From the NCBI GenBank assembly GCA_963841915.1, contig CAWJEN010000006.1, positions 1,568,001 to 1,632,000 on the forward strand: a stretch of 64,000 nucleotides of DNA, in the 5' to 3' direction. Origin of the DNA: an uncultured Planctomycetota bacterium. GTDB lineage: Bacteria > Planctomycetota > Phycisphaerae > Tepidisphaerales > Tepidisphaeraceae. Each line of letters starts with the position of its first letter. Position 1 is the first letter of the stretch. A model generated the notes under the pieces. That model did no database searches. It was not told where the DNA came from and saw only the letters and a program-made list of their open reading frames with translations. This document shows positions 41,357-50,472 of this stretch, in pieces. The position numbers and the translations under genes were made by a program.

Positions 41357-42288
41357 TTACCACTCGTCGATCACGACCTGTTCGACAAGGGCGAGATCCC
41401 AGAGCTGGTGGTGCGGCTTTTCCCAGATCCGGAAAAGGTTGGTCACTGTCTCCGCATGACCATCGGCGAATGCCATGTTGACGCCTTTGTTGTGGCGTGA
41501 GAGGAAGAAGCGGTTAATTTGGTTAGTGTCGTTGTTAGCCTCAGGAAACGGATTGTCCGACGAACTGGCAGGCAAAGTATTCTCGAGGCGAATGACTCGC
41601 TCCACACCCCGTCACCAAGAAACGGCACATTTGTCGAGTCGCGGACGTTGCCGAGCTTGTTGAAGAACATCTTGCCTGGAAGCGGGTTGTTCCGAAGGTT
41701 GCGAGAGCCTGGAACATCGGACTCGATGCGGTCTCCCCGAGTCCTGTAGTTCGCCGTCGGATCATTCGATCGATAAACGGCCCAGCCGTTGTAGGTGTAG
41801 CTGCCTTCTGTATCCCACTCATTCCGCTCCTCATCGGTCATGGCGATAAAAGAGGGGGGCATGCGACGCCACGCTGTGGTCGAGGTGCCGGTGACGGCGT
41901 CACCAATACTGGTGCTCCACACGCTGTTCCGACTTAACTCTGCTGCCGAAGGACAAATTTGGATCTCCGGATCCTTCGTCAGGTCAATGTAGCCGCCTTC
42001 GCTGATAATGCGGTTGACCATGCCGCCGCCGAGTCCTGACGGTCCTTCGGTCTGACGAACAAAGGCCCCGTCATTGTCGTTGACGAACTGAAAGAACGCC
42101 TGCGTGATCGAGCGTTGGTTGCTCAAACACTTGACGCTGTTGGCACTCTCCCGCGCCCGGCTCAGCGTCGGCAGCAGAATGCTGATCAGCAACGCGATGA
42201 TGCCGATGACGACGAGAAGCTCGACGAGCGTGAACGCGCTGGCGCGGCGCGAGGTCGGGCTACGGCTTGGTTGGGGGCGGTACTTCAA
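41357..42288 (-). pseudogene. Prepilin-type/DUF1559 protein with H-X9-DG C-terminus, frameshifted (probably sequencing error)
   Basis: [14 protein letters not shown]...C.SNQR at the N-terminus; RHNKGVNMAFADGH in a second frame. One extra G at 41587-41588 joins them. TTG start after GAGGAG. Confidence 0.85.
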
Positions 42289-42606
42289 TGGGACTCCTCG
42301 TGTATAGTCGGTGGTTTGCAGACACCGGTGCCGTGGGTCCGGGCGACGCAACTGTCACCCCGGCGGCTTCCTCCACGTGTCGATCCACACTGTGGCGGGA
42401 AAATCTCGATTACACAATCAGCGAGATGTCACATCGATTCACACAATGTGATCCCGCTGACCTTTTACCCCGTCAACGGCTTTTGCACGAACCACCCGGC
42501 AAAGTATTGTCGACGCTCGCCCCGACACGGAGCGGTGTGATGCGACAGAGACTCGGCCGCCCGCATCGGTGAGCGGGTCCGATTCCAGTTGCGACGGCGA
42601 TTCGAG

Positions 42607-45147
42607 ATGCCCCTTTGGCCCCCGCTTATGGACCCTGCACAGGCTGCTCACTCCCTCGCAACCCTCTGTGCCGCCCAGGCCGATCCGGTCGCGGCGCTAC
42701 GCCAGGCTCAGTGGATCTGGCCCGCCGCCGTCTACGCGCCGCTGCGCAACGTTGTCGCCGACTTCGTCCTCGACCTCGATCTGGAGGCCGACGACCTGTC
42801 TGGTGTTCGCCTGGCTGTCACGGCAGATGCGAACTACGTCGCGTGGATCAACGGCCGGCACGTCGGTCGAGGCCCGGCACGTGGCTGGCAGAGCCAGTGG
42901 CCGTGCGACGACTACGACGTGACGCGTCACCTCAAGCCGGGGCGTAATCGCCTGGCCATGCGCGTTTACAACCCGGGCCGCGACACCTTCCGTTACGTCC
43001 ACGCCAACGCTGCCGGCTTGCTTGCTGCGCTCGTCACGGAAAGCGGCCGCATCCTCGCCGCCTCGGGGCCCGGTTGGCAGTGTCGCATCAGTCCGTCGCG
43101 GTCGCGACTGACGCCGCAGCTTTCGATTCAGCTCGAAGATCAGGAGCACATCGACCTTCGCCGCGACGAGTCGGCATGGCGGCTACCGGTCACCACGCTG
43201 GGCGACGACTCTGATCTGCCCGAAGCTGACCACGTCGACGCCGCCGGCACGCTCGGAACTGAGCTGCGTTGGCACGAGCCGCGACAGATACGCGTCGCCG
43301 GTTCGCCGCCCTGGAACAACCTCGAAGCGCGAAGCTTGCCATCGGTGACGTCGACGCTGCGGGACTTCAGCCGTGTCGTCTCGCGTGGCGTCGGCCCGGT
43401 CGCCGTCACGCAATCACCGAATCCACCGGCCGACCTGCGACGGGCGACGCCGTCGGTCGTCTGGTCGTTGGCGTCGGCCGATGCCGAGCCGAAGCAACTG
43501 ACGCTTTCGCGTGTCGACGCGGGCGAAATGAGCGTCGTCATCCTCGACGTCGGTGAGCCGACGATCGGCACCGTCGTACTCGACATCTCAGGCGGCACAC
43601 GCGGCGGACGGCTCGACGTCGTTCCCTTCGAAGCGTGCAGTGACGAAGGCCAACCGCAGTTGCCCGACCCGATTCAGGAAGGCCGCGTGGCCGTCGGTTT
43701 GCGACTGACGCTGTCGGGTGGCAAGGACTCGTTCGAGTCGTTCCACGCGTACGGCTATCGCTACCTGGCACTCGTGCTCCACGGCCCGGCCGGCGACGTG
43801 CACGTTCGGCCGCGGATGCGGGAGACGCTTTACCCGGTGAGCGAGGTCGGCTCGCTTGTGTGTGACGACGCCGAGCTGGGCGATGTCCGGCGTGTCTGTG
43901 CCCGCACGCAGCGGATCGCGATGACCGATGCGTACATCGATGCGTGGCGAGAGCAGGCCCAATGGTGGGGCGACGCCCGCGTGCAATTCGCCAATCACCA
44001 GGCGATGGAGTGCGACGACCGCCTGTTCGCCCGCGGGATTCGGCAGATCGCAAGCCAGCGGCTGCCGAACGGCCTGACCTACGGCCACGTGCCGACGGGC
44101 GCGCACACCTGCGTGCTTCCGGACTTTTCGCTGATGTGGTTGCTTTCGCTGGTCGACCACTGGTGGCAGACGGGCACGACGGAGCTTGCCGAGACGCATC
44201 GCGACGACGCTTGCCGCGTGCTGAACTACTTCCGCACCGAAGGCCGGGGGGCGAGCGGGTTGCTGTGCAATGATCCGCGGTACTGGTTGTTCCTCGACTG
44301 GGCTGATATTCCTAAGCAAGGGTGCCCGACGCTACTGAACCTGTGGCACGTTCACACGCTCGACAGCTTGGCCGACGTGTACGAAGCGGCGGGTGACGCG
44401 TCGGCAGTGAGGCTTCGGCAGGAGGCGGCGGACGTGCGTGCCCGTGTCTGCCGGCTGCTGTTCGACGACGCCGAAGGCTTGTGGCGAGACGGCTTCGACA
44501 CGAGCGGCAAGCCAAGGCAGACCTACGGCACGCACGCGCAGGCGCTGGCTGTGCTGGCCGGCTTCGCCGTCACGCCGCAAATGACTCGGCAGATTCAACG
44601 TGCGTTGTCTGCGGCGGTGGATGACGATCCTGCCGAGCCGTCGCCGTTCTGGATCGGCTTTCTGTTCGACGCCGCGACGCGACTGGGCATGAAGGCACAG
44701 GTGCTTGCGTGCATCCGCCGCAGGTGGCGACCGATGGTGCGGCAGGGATCGACCTTCGAAGTCTGGCGACCGACGCTGCAGGAAAGCCGATCGCATGCGT
44801 GGTCGGCTCATCCGCTGACGCATCTCAACCGCATCGTCGCCGGTGTCACGGCAACGACGGCGGGCTGGCAAGACGTCACAATCGAGCCGTTGTGGAACGA
44901 CAGGATCATCAGCCGATGTGACGCTGTGATCCCGACGCCACGCGGGTTGATCAAGGTGCGGTGGTCGCAGGAAGCGAGCGAGGCGCGGCTGGACCTTGTG
45001 CTACCGATCGGCGTGCAGGCGACGGTGCGACTGGCCGACGCGACCACCATTGCCGGCGTCACCGGGACACGATCGTTCAGCACGACCAAGCCCGTCCACA
45101 CGACGAGCCGCCTGTCACCCGTCACCGCAACGGTCGATGCTGCCTGA
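42607..45147 (+). CDS. Alpha-L-rhamnosidase-like glycoside hydrolase (GH78)
   Basis: TADANY.AWING..VGRGP, GYRY, REQAQWWGD, FLDW, TFE.W, SRSHAWSAHP, PTPRGLIKVRW. Confidence 0.85.
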   Translation: MPLWPPLMDPAQAAHSLATLCAAQADPVAALRQAQWIWPAAVYAPLRNVVADFVLDLDLEADDLSGVRLAVTADANYVAWINGRHVGRGPARGWQSQWPCDDYDVTRHLKPGRNRLAMRVYNPGRDTFRYVHANAAGLLAALVTESGRILAASGPGWQCRISPSRSRLTPQLSIQLEDQEHIDLRRDESAWRLPVTTLGDDSDLPEADHVDAAGTLGTELRWHEPRQIRVAGSPPWNNLEARSLPSVTSTLRDFSRVVSRGVGPVAVTQSPNPPADLRRATPSVVWSLASADAEPKQLTLSRVDAGEMSVVILDVGEPTIGTVVLDISGGTRGGRLDVVPFEACSDEGQPQLPDPIQEGRVAVGLRLTLSGGKDSFESFHAYGYRYLALVLHGPAGDVHVRPRMRETLYPVSEVGSLVCDDAELGDVRRVCARTQRIAMTDAYIDAWREQAQWWGDARVQFANHQAMECDDRLFARGIRQIASQRLPNGLTYGHVPTGAHTCVLPDFSLMWLLSLVDHWWQTGTTELAETHRDDACRVLNYFRTEGRGASGLLCNDPRYWLFLDWADIPKQGCPTLLNLWHVHTLDSLADVYEAAGDASAVRLRQEAADVRARVCRLLFDDAEGLWRDGFDTSGKPRQTYGTHAQALAVLAGFAVTPQMTRQIQRALSAAVDDDPAEPSPFWIGFLFDAATRLGMKAQVLACIRRRWRPMVRQGSTFEVWRPTLQESRSHAWSAHPLTHLNRIVAGVTATTAGWQDVTIEPLWNDRIISRCDAVIPTPRGLIKVRWSQEASEARLDLVLPIGVQATVRLADATTIAGVTGTRSFSTTKPVHTTSRLSPVTATVDAA

Positions 45148-45182
45148 TCGGCACGACGACGGTTCTGCAGTAACCTCGCCGC

Positions 45183-46601
45183 ATGGACGCCCCGACTACT
45201 TCACCCGCCGGCCGACCCAATGTCCTGCTGATTCACAGCGATCAGCACCGCTTCGACTGCGTCGGCGTCAACCAGCCGCACACACCCGCCGGGCCGGGTA
45301 GGCTCGTCAAGACGCCCCACCTGGATCGTCTGGCCCAGCAGGGGACGAACTTCACGAGCGCTTACACGCCGATCCCGCTGTGCACGCCGGCCCGGGCGTC
45401 GCTGTCGACAGGTAGCTGGCCGAGTCGGCACAACAGCTGGGTCATTCCCAATACACTCGGCTACCGACCGGCCGACGGGTCGCTGCCGAACCTGTACCGG
45501 TTGTTGAGCGACGCCGGCTACTACGTGGCACATCTGGCCAAGTATCACCAGGAACTGGCCGGTACGCCGACGGATCACGGGGCTGACCGTTTTGAGCCGG
45601 AGACGGCGTACGACCCGTGGCGAGAGCAGCAGGGCTTGCCACCGCGGCCGATGACGAACGGGTTCTTCGGTGAGGTCGACGACATCGAGCCTGAGCAAGG
45701 CCGCATCGCCTGGGGTGCCGACCACACGATGGCTGCGCTGCGCGAGGCCAAGGCTGCGGGGCGGCCTGCGTTTGTGCGGTGGGATCCGAGCGAGCCGCAC
45801 CTGCCGAACGTGATTCCCGAGCCGTGGGCGTCGATGGTGGATCCGGGTGACGTGCCGCCTTGGGCGAGCTTTGCCGACACGCTCAAGAACAAGCCGATCA
45901 TGCAGCGAAAGACGCGGCAGCGGTGGGGCTGCGACGACTGGACGTGGGCTGACTGGCAGCCGATCGTGGCGCGGTATCTGGGTGAGGTGATGTTGCTCGA
46001 TCACCACGTCGGCCGCGTGCTGGCGACGCTGGACGAACTCGGCATGGCTGACGACACGCTCGTCATCTACAGCACCGATCACGGCGACTTCTGCGGCGGG
46101 CACGGCATGACGGACAAGCACTACACGGGCTACGACGACATTCTGCACGTGCCGCTCATCGCCCGCTGGCCCGGCCACCTGGAGGCGGGGGCAACGTGCG
46201 ACCGGTTCGTGATTCACGAGCTCGACCTCGCCAGGACGATCATCGATGCCGTTTTAGGCGAAGCGCCAGAGACCTTCGCCGGCCGCAATCTGATCGACGA
46301 AGCAGCCGGCACGTCGGCGGAGCGGGACGACGTTTTCGTGCAGTACTCCGGCACGCAGCAGGGCCGGTGCGACCAGCGGTACCTGCGGACGCGGCGGTGG
46401 AAGTACGTCTACTGCCCGACAAGCGAAGACGAGCTGTACGACCTTGACGCTGACCCGGGCGAGTTGGTGAACGTGATCGACGAGCCGCAGCACTCGGGGG
46501 CGTTGCTCGAGGTTCGCCAGCGGATGATGACGTGGCTGGCCGAGACGGGTGATCCGCTGACGGGGCCGCTGTGGACGTGGCCGGCGCGGATTCAGCCGTA
46601 G
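45183..46601 (+). CDS. Sulfatase (Cys-type, formylglycine-dependent)
   Basis: PNVLLIHSDQHR, CTPAR (CxPxR), STDHG, ELYDLDADPGE. Confidence 0.93.
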   Translation: MDAPTTSPAGRPNVLLIHSDQHRFDCVGVNQPHTPAGPGRLVKTPHLDRLAQQGTNFTSAYTPIPLCTPARASLSTGSWPSRHNSWVIPNTLGYRPADGSLPNLYRLLSDAGYYVAHLAKYHQELAGTPTDHGADRFEPETAYDPWREQQGLPPRPMTNGFFGEVDDIEPEQGRIAWGADHTMAALREAKAAGRPAFVRWDPSEPHLPNVIPEPWASMVDPGDVPPWASFADTLKNKPIMQRKTRQRWGCDDWTWADWQPIVARYLGEVMLLDHHVGRVLATLDELGMADDTLVIYSTDHGDFCGGHGMTDKHYTGYDDILHVPLIARWPGHLEAGATCDRFVIHELDLARTIIDAVLGEAPETFAGRNLIDEAAGTSAERDDVFVQYSGTQQGRCDQRYLRTRRWKYVYCPTSEDELYDLDADPGELVNVIDEPQHSGALLEVRQRMMTWLAETGDPLTGPLWTWPARIQP

Positions 46602-46663
46602 CGGGTAGTGGACGGTGGCGTCCGAACAGAGTCCTAACTAGCATGGTGGCAGCCGAGCCTGCC

Positions 46664-49600
46664 ATGCCAGACGAGTCGCAACCAAAGTCCAAGATACACC
46701 CGTTCAAGACGAAGCGTCATCACTGGACGCGGGCCAAGGAAGTCGCCGCGTCTGAGGCGAACAAGAAGACGCCCAAGTGGCAGCAGGGTTGGGGCGGCTT
46801 CAAGGACAAGAAGGGCCGGGCCAAAGAATTGCTCGAGATCTCGCCACCACCGGCGATCATCAAGGCCGGCAGCGTCGTCACGTTTGCCGAGCTGTGTTGC
46901 ACGAGCAACTTCACGTTTCTGACCGGGGCGAGTCACCCCGACGAGATCGCCCGTCGGGCGGCGGAGCTCGGCTACGACGCGTTCGGCGTGTGCGACACGA
47001 ACACGCTGGCCGGTGTAGTGCGGGCGCACGTCGAGGCCGAACGCCAGGAGATTCGCCAGGTCGTCGGTAGCCGCGTCGAGCTGTCGGACGGTCGTGGCAT
47101 TTATGTCTGGCCGACGAACCTCGCCGCGTACGGCAGGCTCGCCACACTGCTGACCGTCGGCAAGATGCGGGCCAGCAAGGGCGAGTGCTTGCTTGGCCTG
47201 TGGGACTTGCTGGAGTACGCCGAGGGTCAGATGCTCGGCATCGAGGTGCCGACCGTCATCGACAATGGTTTTGTCGCGATGCTCCGCACGCTGCAGGATT
47301 GGTGCGGCGGGACGAACGCGTTGTCGCTGCTGGCTGCGCGCGACTACGGGCCTGATGACGAACAACGGCTGCGCAACATCGCGCGATTGTCGGCAGAAGA
47401 GCACGTGCCGATGCTGGCGACGAATCGGCCGCTTTATCACGTGCGAGGCAGGCGGTTGATGCAGGACGTCGTCTCGTGCATCCGTCGTGGTTGCACGCTC
47501 GACGAAGCAGGCCTGGCCCTCGAAGCGTCGGCCGAGCGGCACATGAAGGTGCCCGAAGAGATGGACCGGCTGTTCTCGCGTTACCCGAACGCGATCGCCC
47601 GCACGATTGAGGTTGCGTCGCGTTGCCGCGAGTTTTCACTGAACCAGCTCAAGTATCAGTACCCCGACGAGGTTGTGCCCGACGGCTCGACGGCAATGGA
47701 GCACCTCGAACAGCTCTCGCGGGCCGGGCTGCAAGGGCGTTTCCCCGACGGCGTGCCGGAGAAGGTGCGCACGCAGTTCGAGCACGAGTTGGTGCTCATC
47801 GGGGAGTTGAAGTTGCCGCACTATTTCCTGACGGTCGAAGACCTTGTGCGGTGGAGTCGCCAGCAGGGCATCTTGTGTCAAGGCCGCGGCGCGGCGGCGA
47901 ACAGCGTCGTCTGCTACTCGCTGGGCGTGACCGACGCCGACCCGACGCGGATCAACACGCTCTTCGAACGGTTCATCAGCCGCGCCCGCAACGAGCCGCC
48001 GGACATCGATGTCGACTTCGAACACGAACGACGCGAAGAGGCGATTCAGTACCTTTACCGCAAGTACGGCCGTGACCGGGCGGCGATGACGGCCAACGTC
48101 ATCACCTACCGCGGCAGAAGCGCCGTCCGCGAGGTTGGCAAAGTCCTCGGCTTCGGCGCCGACACCATCGACCGCCTCGCCAAAGGTATCAACTGGTGGA
48201 AAGGCGGCCCGGTCGAAGAAGACGAACTCGCCGCCCAGAAGCTCGACCACGCCGACGTTGCTACCGGGCACCTCGTCTACCTCTCGCAGGCCATCCAGGG
48301 ATTTCCCCGACACCTCAGCCAACACCCTGGCGGCTTCGTGCTGACACAAACGCCGCTGCATCAGCTCGTGCCAATCGAGAACTGCGCGATGGAAGCCCGC
48401 ACCGCCATCGAGTGGGATAAAGACGACATCGACGCCCTTGGCTTCATCAAAGTCGACGTGCTGGGGCTTGGCATGCTGACGTGTATGGCCAAGGGGTTTG
48501 AGCTATTAAAAGGCACAAAGGCACAAAGGCACGAAGGCACGAAGGGCTTGACTTCGGACACTCATGAGCGAGATCAAGACATATCGAGATCTGGTGGCGT
48601 GGCAGAGAGCTATGCAGTTGTGTCAGGCGCTTTATTGACAGACGAAGGCAATGCCGGCCGAAGAGCGTTTTGGGCTGACGAATCAGATGAGGCGTGCGGC
48701 CGTATTGATTCCGTCGAACATCGCAGAAGGATTCGGCAGGCAGAGCCGCGCCGACCACTTGAAGTTCCTGAAGATCGCACGCGGATCGTTGATGGAGCTT
48801 CAGACGCAGTACGAACTGGCGTGGTCGATGGAGATGATCCCCCGGAACGAGGAGCTGCATACATTGCTGATCGAGAGCGACCGCATTCTGCAGGGTCTCA
48901 TTCGCAGCCTGATGCGTTAGCTCCGGCATCTGCCCCTTCGTGCCCTCGTGCCTTTGTGCCTTCGTGCCTAGCCGAGGTGCTTCAGCCGCCGGACGATCCT
49001 GTGGTCTTCGACATGATTTGTCGGGCCGACACGATGGGGACGTTTCAGATCGAAAGCCGGGCGCAGATGACGATGTTGCCGAGGTTGCGGCCGCGGTGCT
49101 TTTATGACCTGGTGGTCGAGGTTGCCATCGTGCGGCCCGGGCCGATTCAGGGTGGCATGGTCCACCCCTATCTCAAGCGGCGCAGCGGCGAAGAGCCGGT
49201 GCCGGACTTTTCTGACGGGCCGCTCGGGTGGATTCTGGCCAAGACGTTCGGCGTGCCGATTTTCCAGGAGCAGGCGATGCTGATGGCCGTCCACTGCGCG
49301 GGCTTTTCACCCGACGAGGCCGACGGCCTCAGGCGTGCGGTCACCGGCTTCCGCCGCTTCGGCGACATCGACGACTACGAGTCGAAGATTGTCGAGGGCA
49401 TGGTAGAGAACGGCTACGAGCGTGACTTTGCCGAGCGGTGCTTCAAGCAAATTCAGGGGTTTTCAACCTACGGATTTCCGGAGAGCCACGCTGCCAGCTT
49501 CGCGCTGATCGCGTACGCGAGCAACTACTTCAAGTGCCACTGGCCGGGCGTCTTTCTGGCGGCCATTCTCAACAGTCAGCCGATGGGCTTTTATAAACCG

Positions 49601-50416
49601 GCCCAACTCGTGCAGTGCGCCCAACGGCACGGCGTGACCGTGCTGCCGGTCGACGTGATGCACAGTGACTGGGATTGCACGCTGCCACCGACGCAGGATC
49701 ACATGACGGTCCGGCTCGGGATGAGATGCGTCAAAGGAATGAGGCAGGACGACGCCCAGCGCATCATCGCCGCACGCGGCAAGGGCGTTGTCAGCATCGA
49801 GCAACTTTGGCACCAAAGCCGCTGCTCGGCGAGGGCGATGAAGTGTCTGGCCAAAGCCGACGCCTTCGGCTCGCTCAACGGCGGCCTCGATCGACAGTCG
49901 GCGCTGTGGCACGTGGGTAAACTCCGTGACGACGACACGCCGTTGTTCGATCACGTGCACGAGCCCGAGCCCGTCGTCGCGCTGCCGACGCTCGCGCCGC
50001 TTCGGCATGTATTGGCCGATTACACGCACACAGGTCTGTCGCTCAAGGACCACCCGATGCGATTGCTTCGTGGCGAGCTGCCGGGCGTGACGGTGGCGGG
50101 TGACCTGGCCGACGAGGAGCGGTTTCCGTCCGGTCGGAACGTGACGGTGGCCGGCATCTGCCTCGTCCGCCAAAGGCCCGGCAGCGCCAAGAGCATCACG
50201 TTCCTCACGCTCGAGGACGAGACAGGCATGAGCAACCTGGTCGTTTACCCTAATATCTTCGACCGATGGAAGCGCATCGCCCGCGACAGCCGCACCATGC
50301 TCGTCCGCGGCCGCGTTGATCGGCAGGGCGAAGTCGTGCACGTCATCGCGACGACCTTCGAGTGCCTCGACGGCAAGCTCGACGCGTTGCGTGGCATGTC
50401 GCGAAACTTCCACTAG
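46664..50416 (+). CDS. dnaE2: Error-prone DNA polymerase DnaE2 with an in-frame ~153-aa insertion
   Basis: PHP domain SNFTFLTGASHP; PPDIDVDFEH; KVDVLGLGML; FQIESRAQM; C-terminal SRNFH signature. Start uncertain (46643 or 46664). Confidence 0.95.
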   Translation: MPDESQPKSKIHPFKTKRHHWTRAKEVAASEANKKTPKWQQGWGGFKDKKGRAKELLEISPPPAIIKAGSVVTFAELCCTSNFTFLTGASHPDEIARRAAELGYDAFGVCDTNTLAGVVRAHVEAERQEIRQVVGSRVELSDGRGIYVWPTNLAAYGRLATLLTVGKMRASKGECLLGLWDLLEYAEGQMLGIEVPTVIDNGFVAMLRTLQDWCGGTNALSLLAARDYGPDDEQRLRNIARLSAEEHVPMLATNRPLYHVRGRRLMQDVVSCIRRGCTLDEAGLALEASAERHMKVPEEMDRLFSRYPNAIARTIEVASRCREFSLNQLKYQYPDEVVPDGSTAMEHLEQLSRAGLQGRFPDGVPEKVRTQFEHELVLIGELKLPHYFLTVEDLVRWSRQQGILCQGRGAAANSVVCYSLGVTDADPTRINTLFERFISRARNEPPDIDVDFEHERREEAIQYLYRKYGRDRAAMTANVITYRGRSAVREVGKVLGFGADTIDRLAKGINWWKGGPVEEDELAAQKLDHADVATGHLVYLSQAIQGFPRHLSQHPGGFVLTQTPLHQLVPIENCAMEARTAIEWDKDDIDALGFIKVDVLGLGMLTCMAKGFELLKGTKAQRHEGTKGLTSDTHERDQDISRSGGVAESYAVVSGALLTDEGNAGRRAFWADESDEACGRIDSVEHRRRIRQAEPRRPLEVPEDRTRIVDGASDAVRTGVVDGDDPPERGAAYIADRERPHSAGSHSQPDALAPASAPSCPRAFVPSCLAEVLQPPDDPVVFDMICRADTMGTFQIESRAQMTMLPRLRPRCFYDLVVEVAIVRPGPIQGGMVHPYLKRRSGEEPVPDFSDGPLGWILAKTFGVPIFQEQAMLMAVHCAGFSPDEADGLRRAVTGFRRFGDIDDYESKIVEGMVENGYERDFAERCFKQIQGFSTYGFPESHAASFALIAYASNYFKCHWPGVFLAAILNSQPMGFYKPAQLVQCAQRHGVTVLPVDVMHSDWDCTLPPTQDHMTVRLGMRCVKGMRQDDAQRIIAARGKGVVSIEQLWHQSRCSARAMKCLAKADAFGSLNGGLDRQSALWHVGKLRDDDTPLFDHVHEPEPVVALPTLAPLRHVLADYTHTGLSLKDHPMRLLRGELPGVTVAGDLADEERFPSGRNVTVAGICLVRQRPGSAKSITFLTLEDETGMSNLVVYPNIFDRWKRIARDSRTMLVRGRVDRQGEVVHVIATTFECLDGKLDALRGMSRNFH
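48511..48969 (+). mobile_element. Intervening element bounded by inverted octamer-repeat arrays
   Basis: Left (AAGGCACR)4-AAGGGC at 48510-48547; right GCCCCTT-(YGTGCCYT)~4 at 48932-48969; encloses a four-helix-bundle gene. Confidence 0.8.
48564..48920 (+). pseudogene. Four-helix-bundle protein (23S rRNA IVS protein/Avd-like family), nested in +1 frame of dnaE2, internal TGA
   Basis: MSEIKTYRDLVAWQRAMQLCQALY*QTKAMPAEERFGLTNQMRRAAVLIPSNIAEGFGR...FLKIARGSLMELQTQ; TGA at 48636-48638. Confidence 0.9.
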
Positions 50417-50472
50417 CGGCTCTGACGCAAGAAGTTGCTGCCGCTCGGGCGGGCGCGGTACAACCCCAAGCG

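Noticed and set aside
40962..41500. ORFs containing MFHVEH / CSTWNI
   Set aside because: These peptides are translations of parS palindromes.
48564..48920. Diversity-generating retroelement (Avd-like gene)
   Set aside because: No reverse transcriptase or TR/VR repeat pair was seen in the window.
48447..48929. 160-aa antisense ORF over the insert
   Set aside because: No recognisable motifs; explained as the antisense of two overlapping sense frames.
48511..48969. Intein in DnaE2
   Set aside because: No N-terminal Cys/Ser block or C-terminal His-Asn followed by Cys/Ser/Thr; the host-frame text is the shadow of the nested gene.
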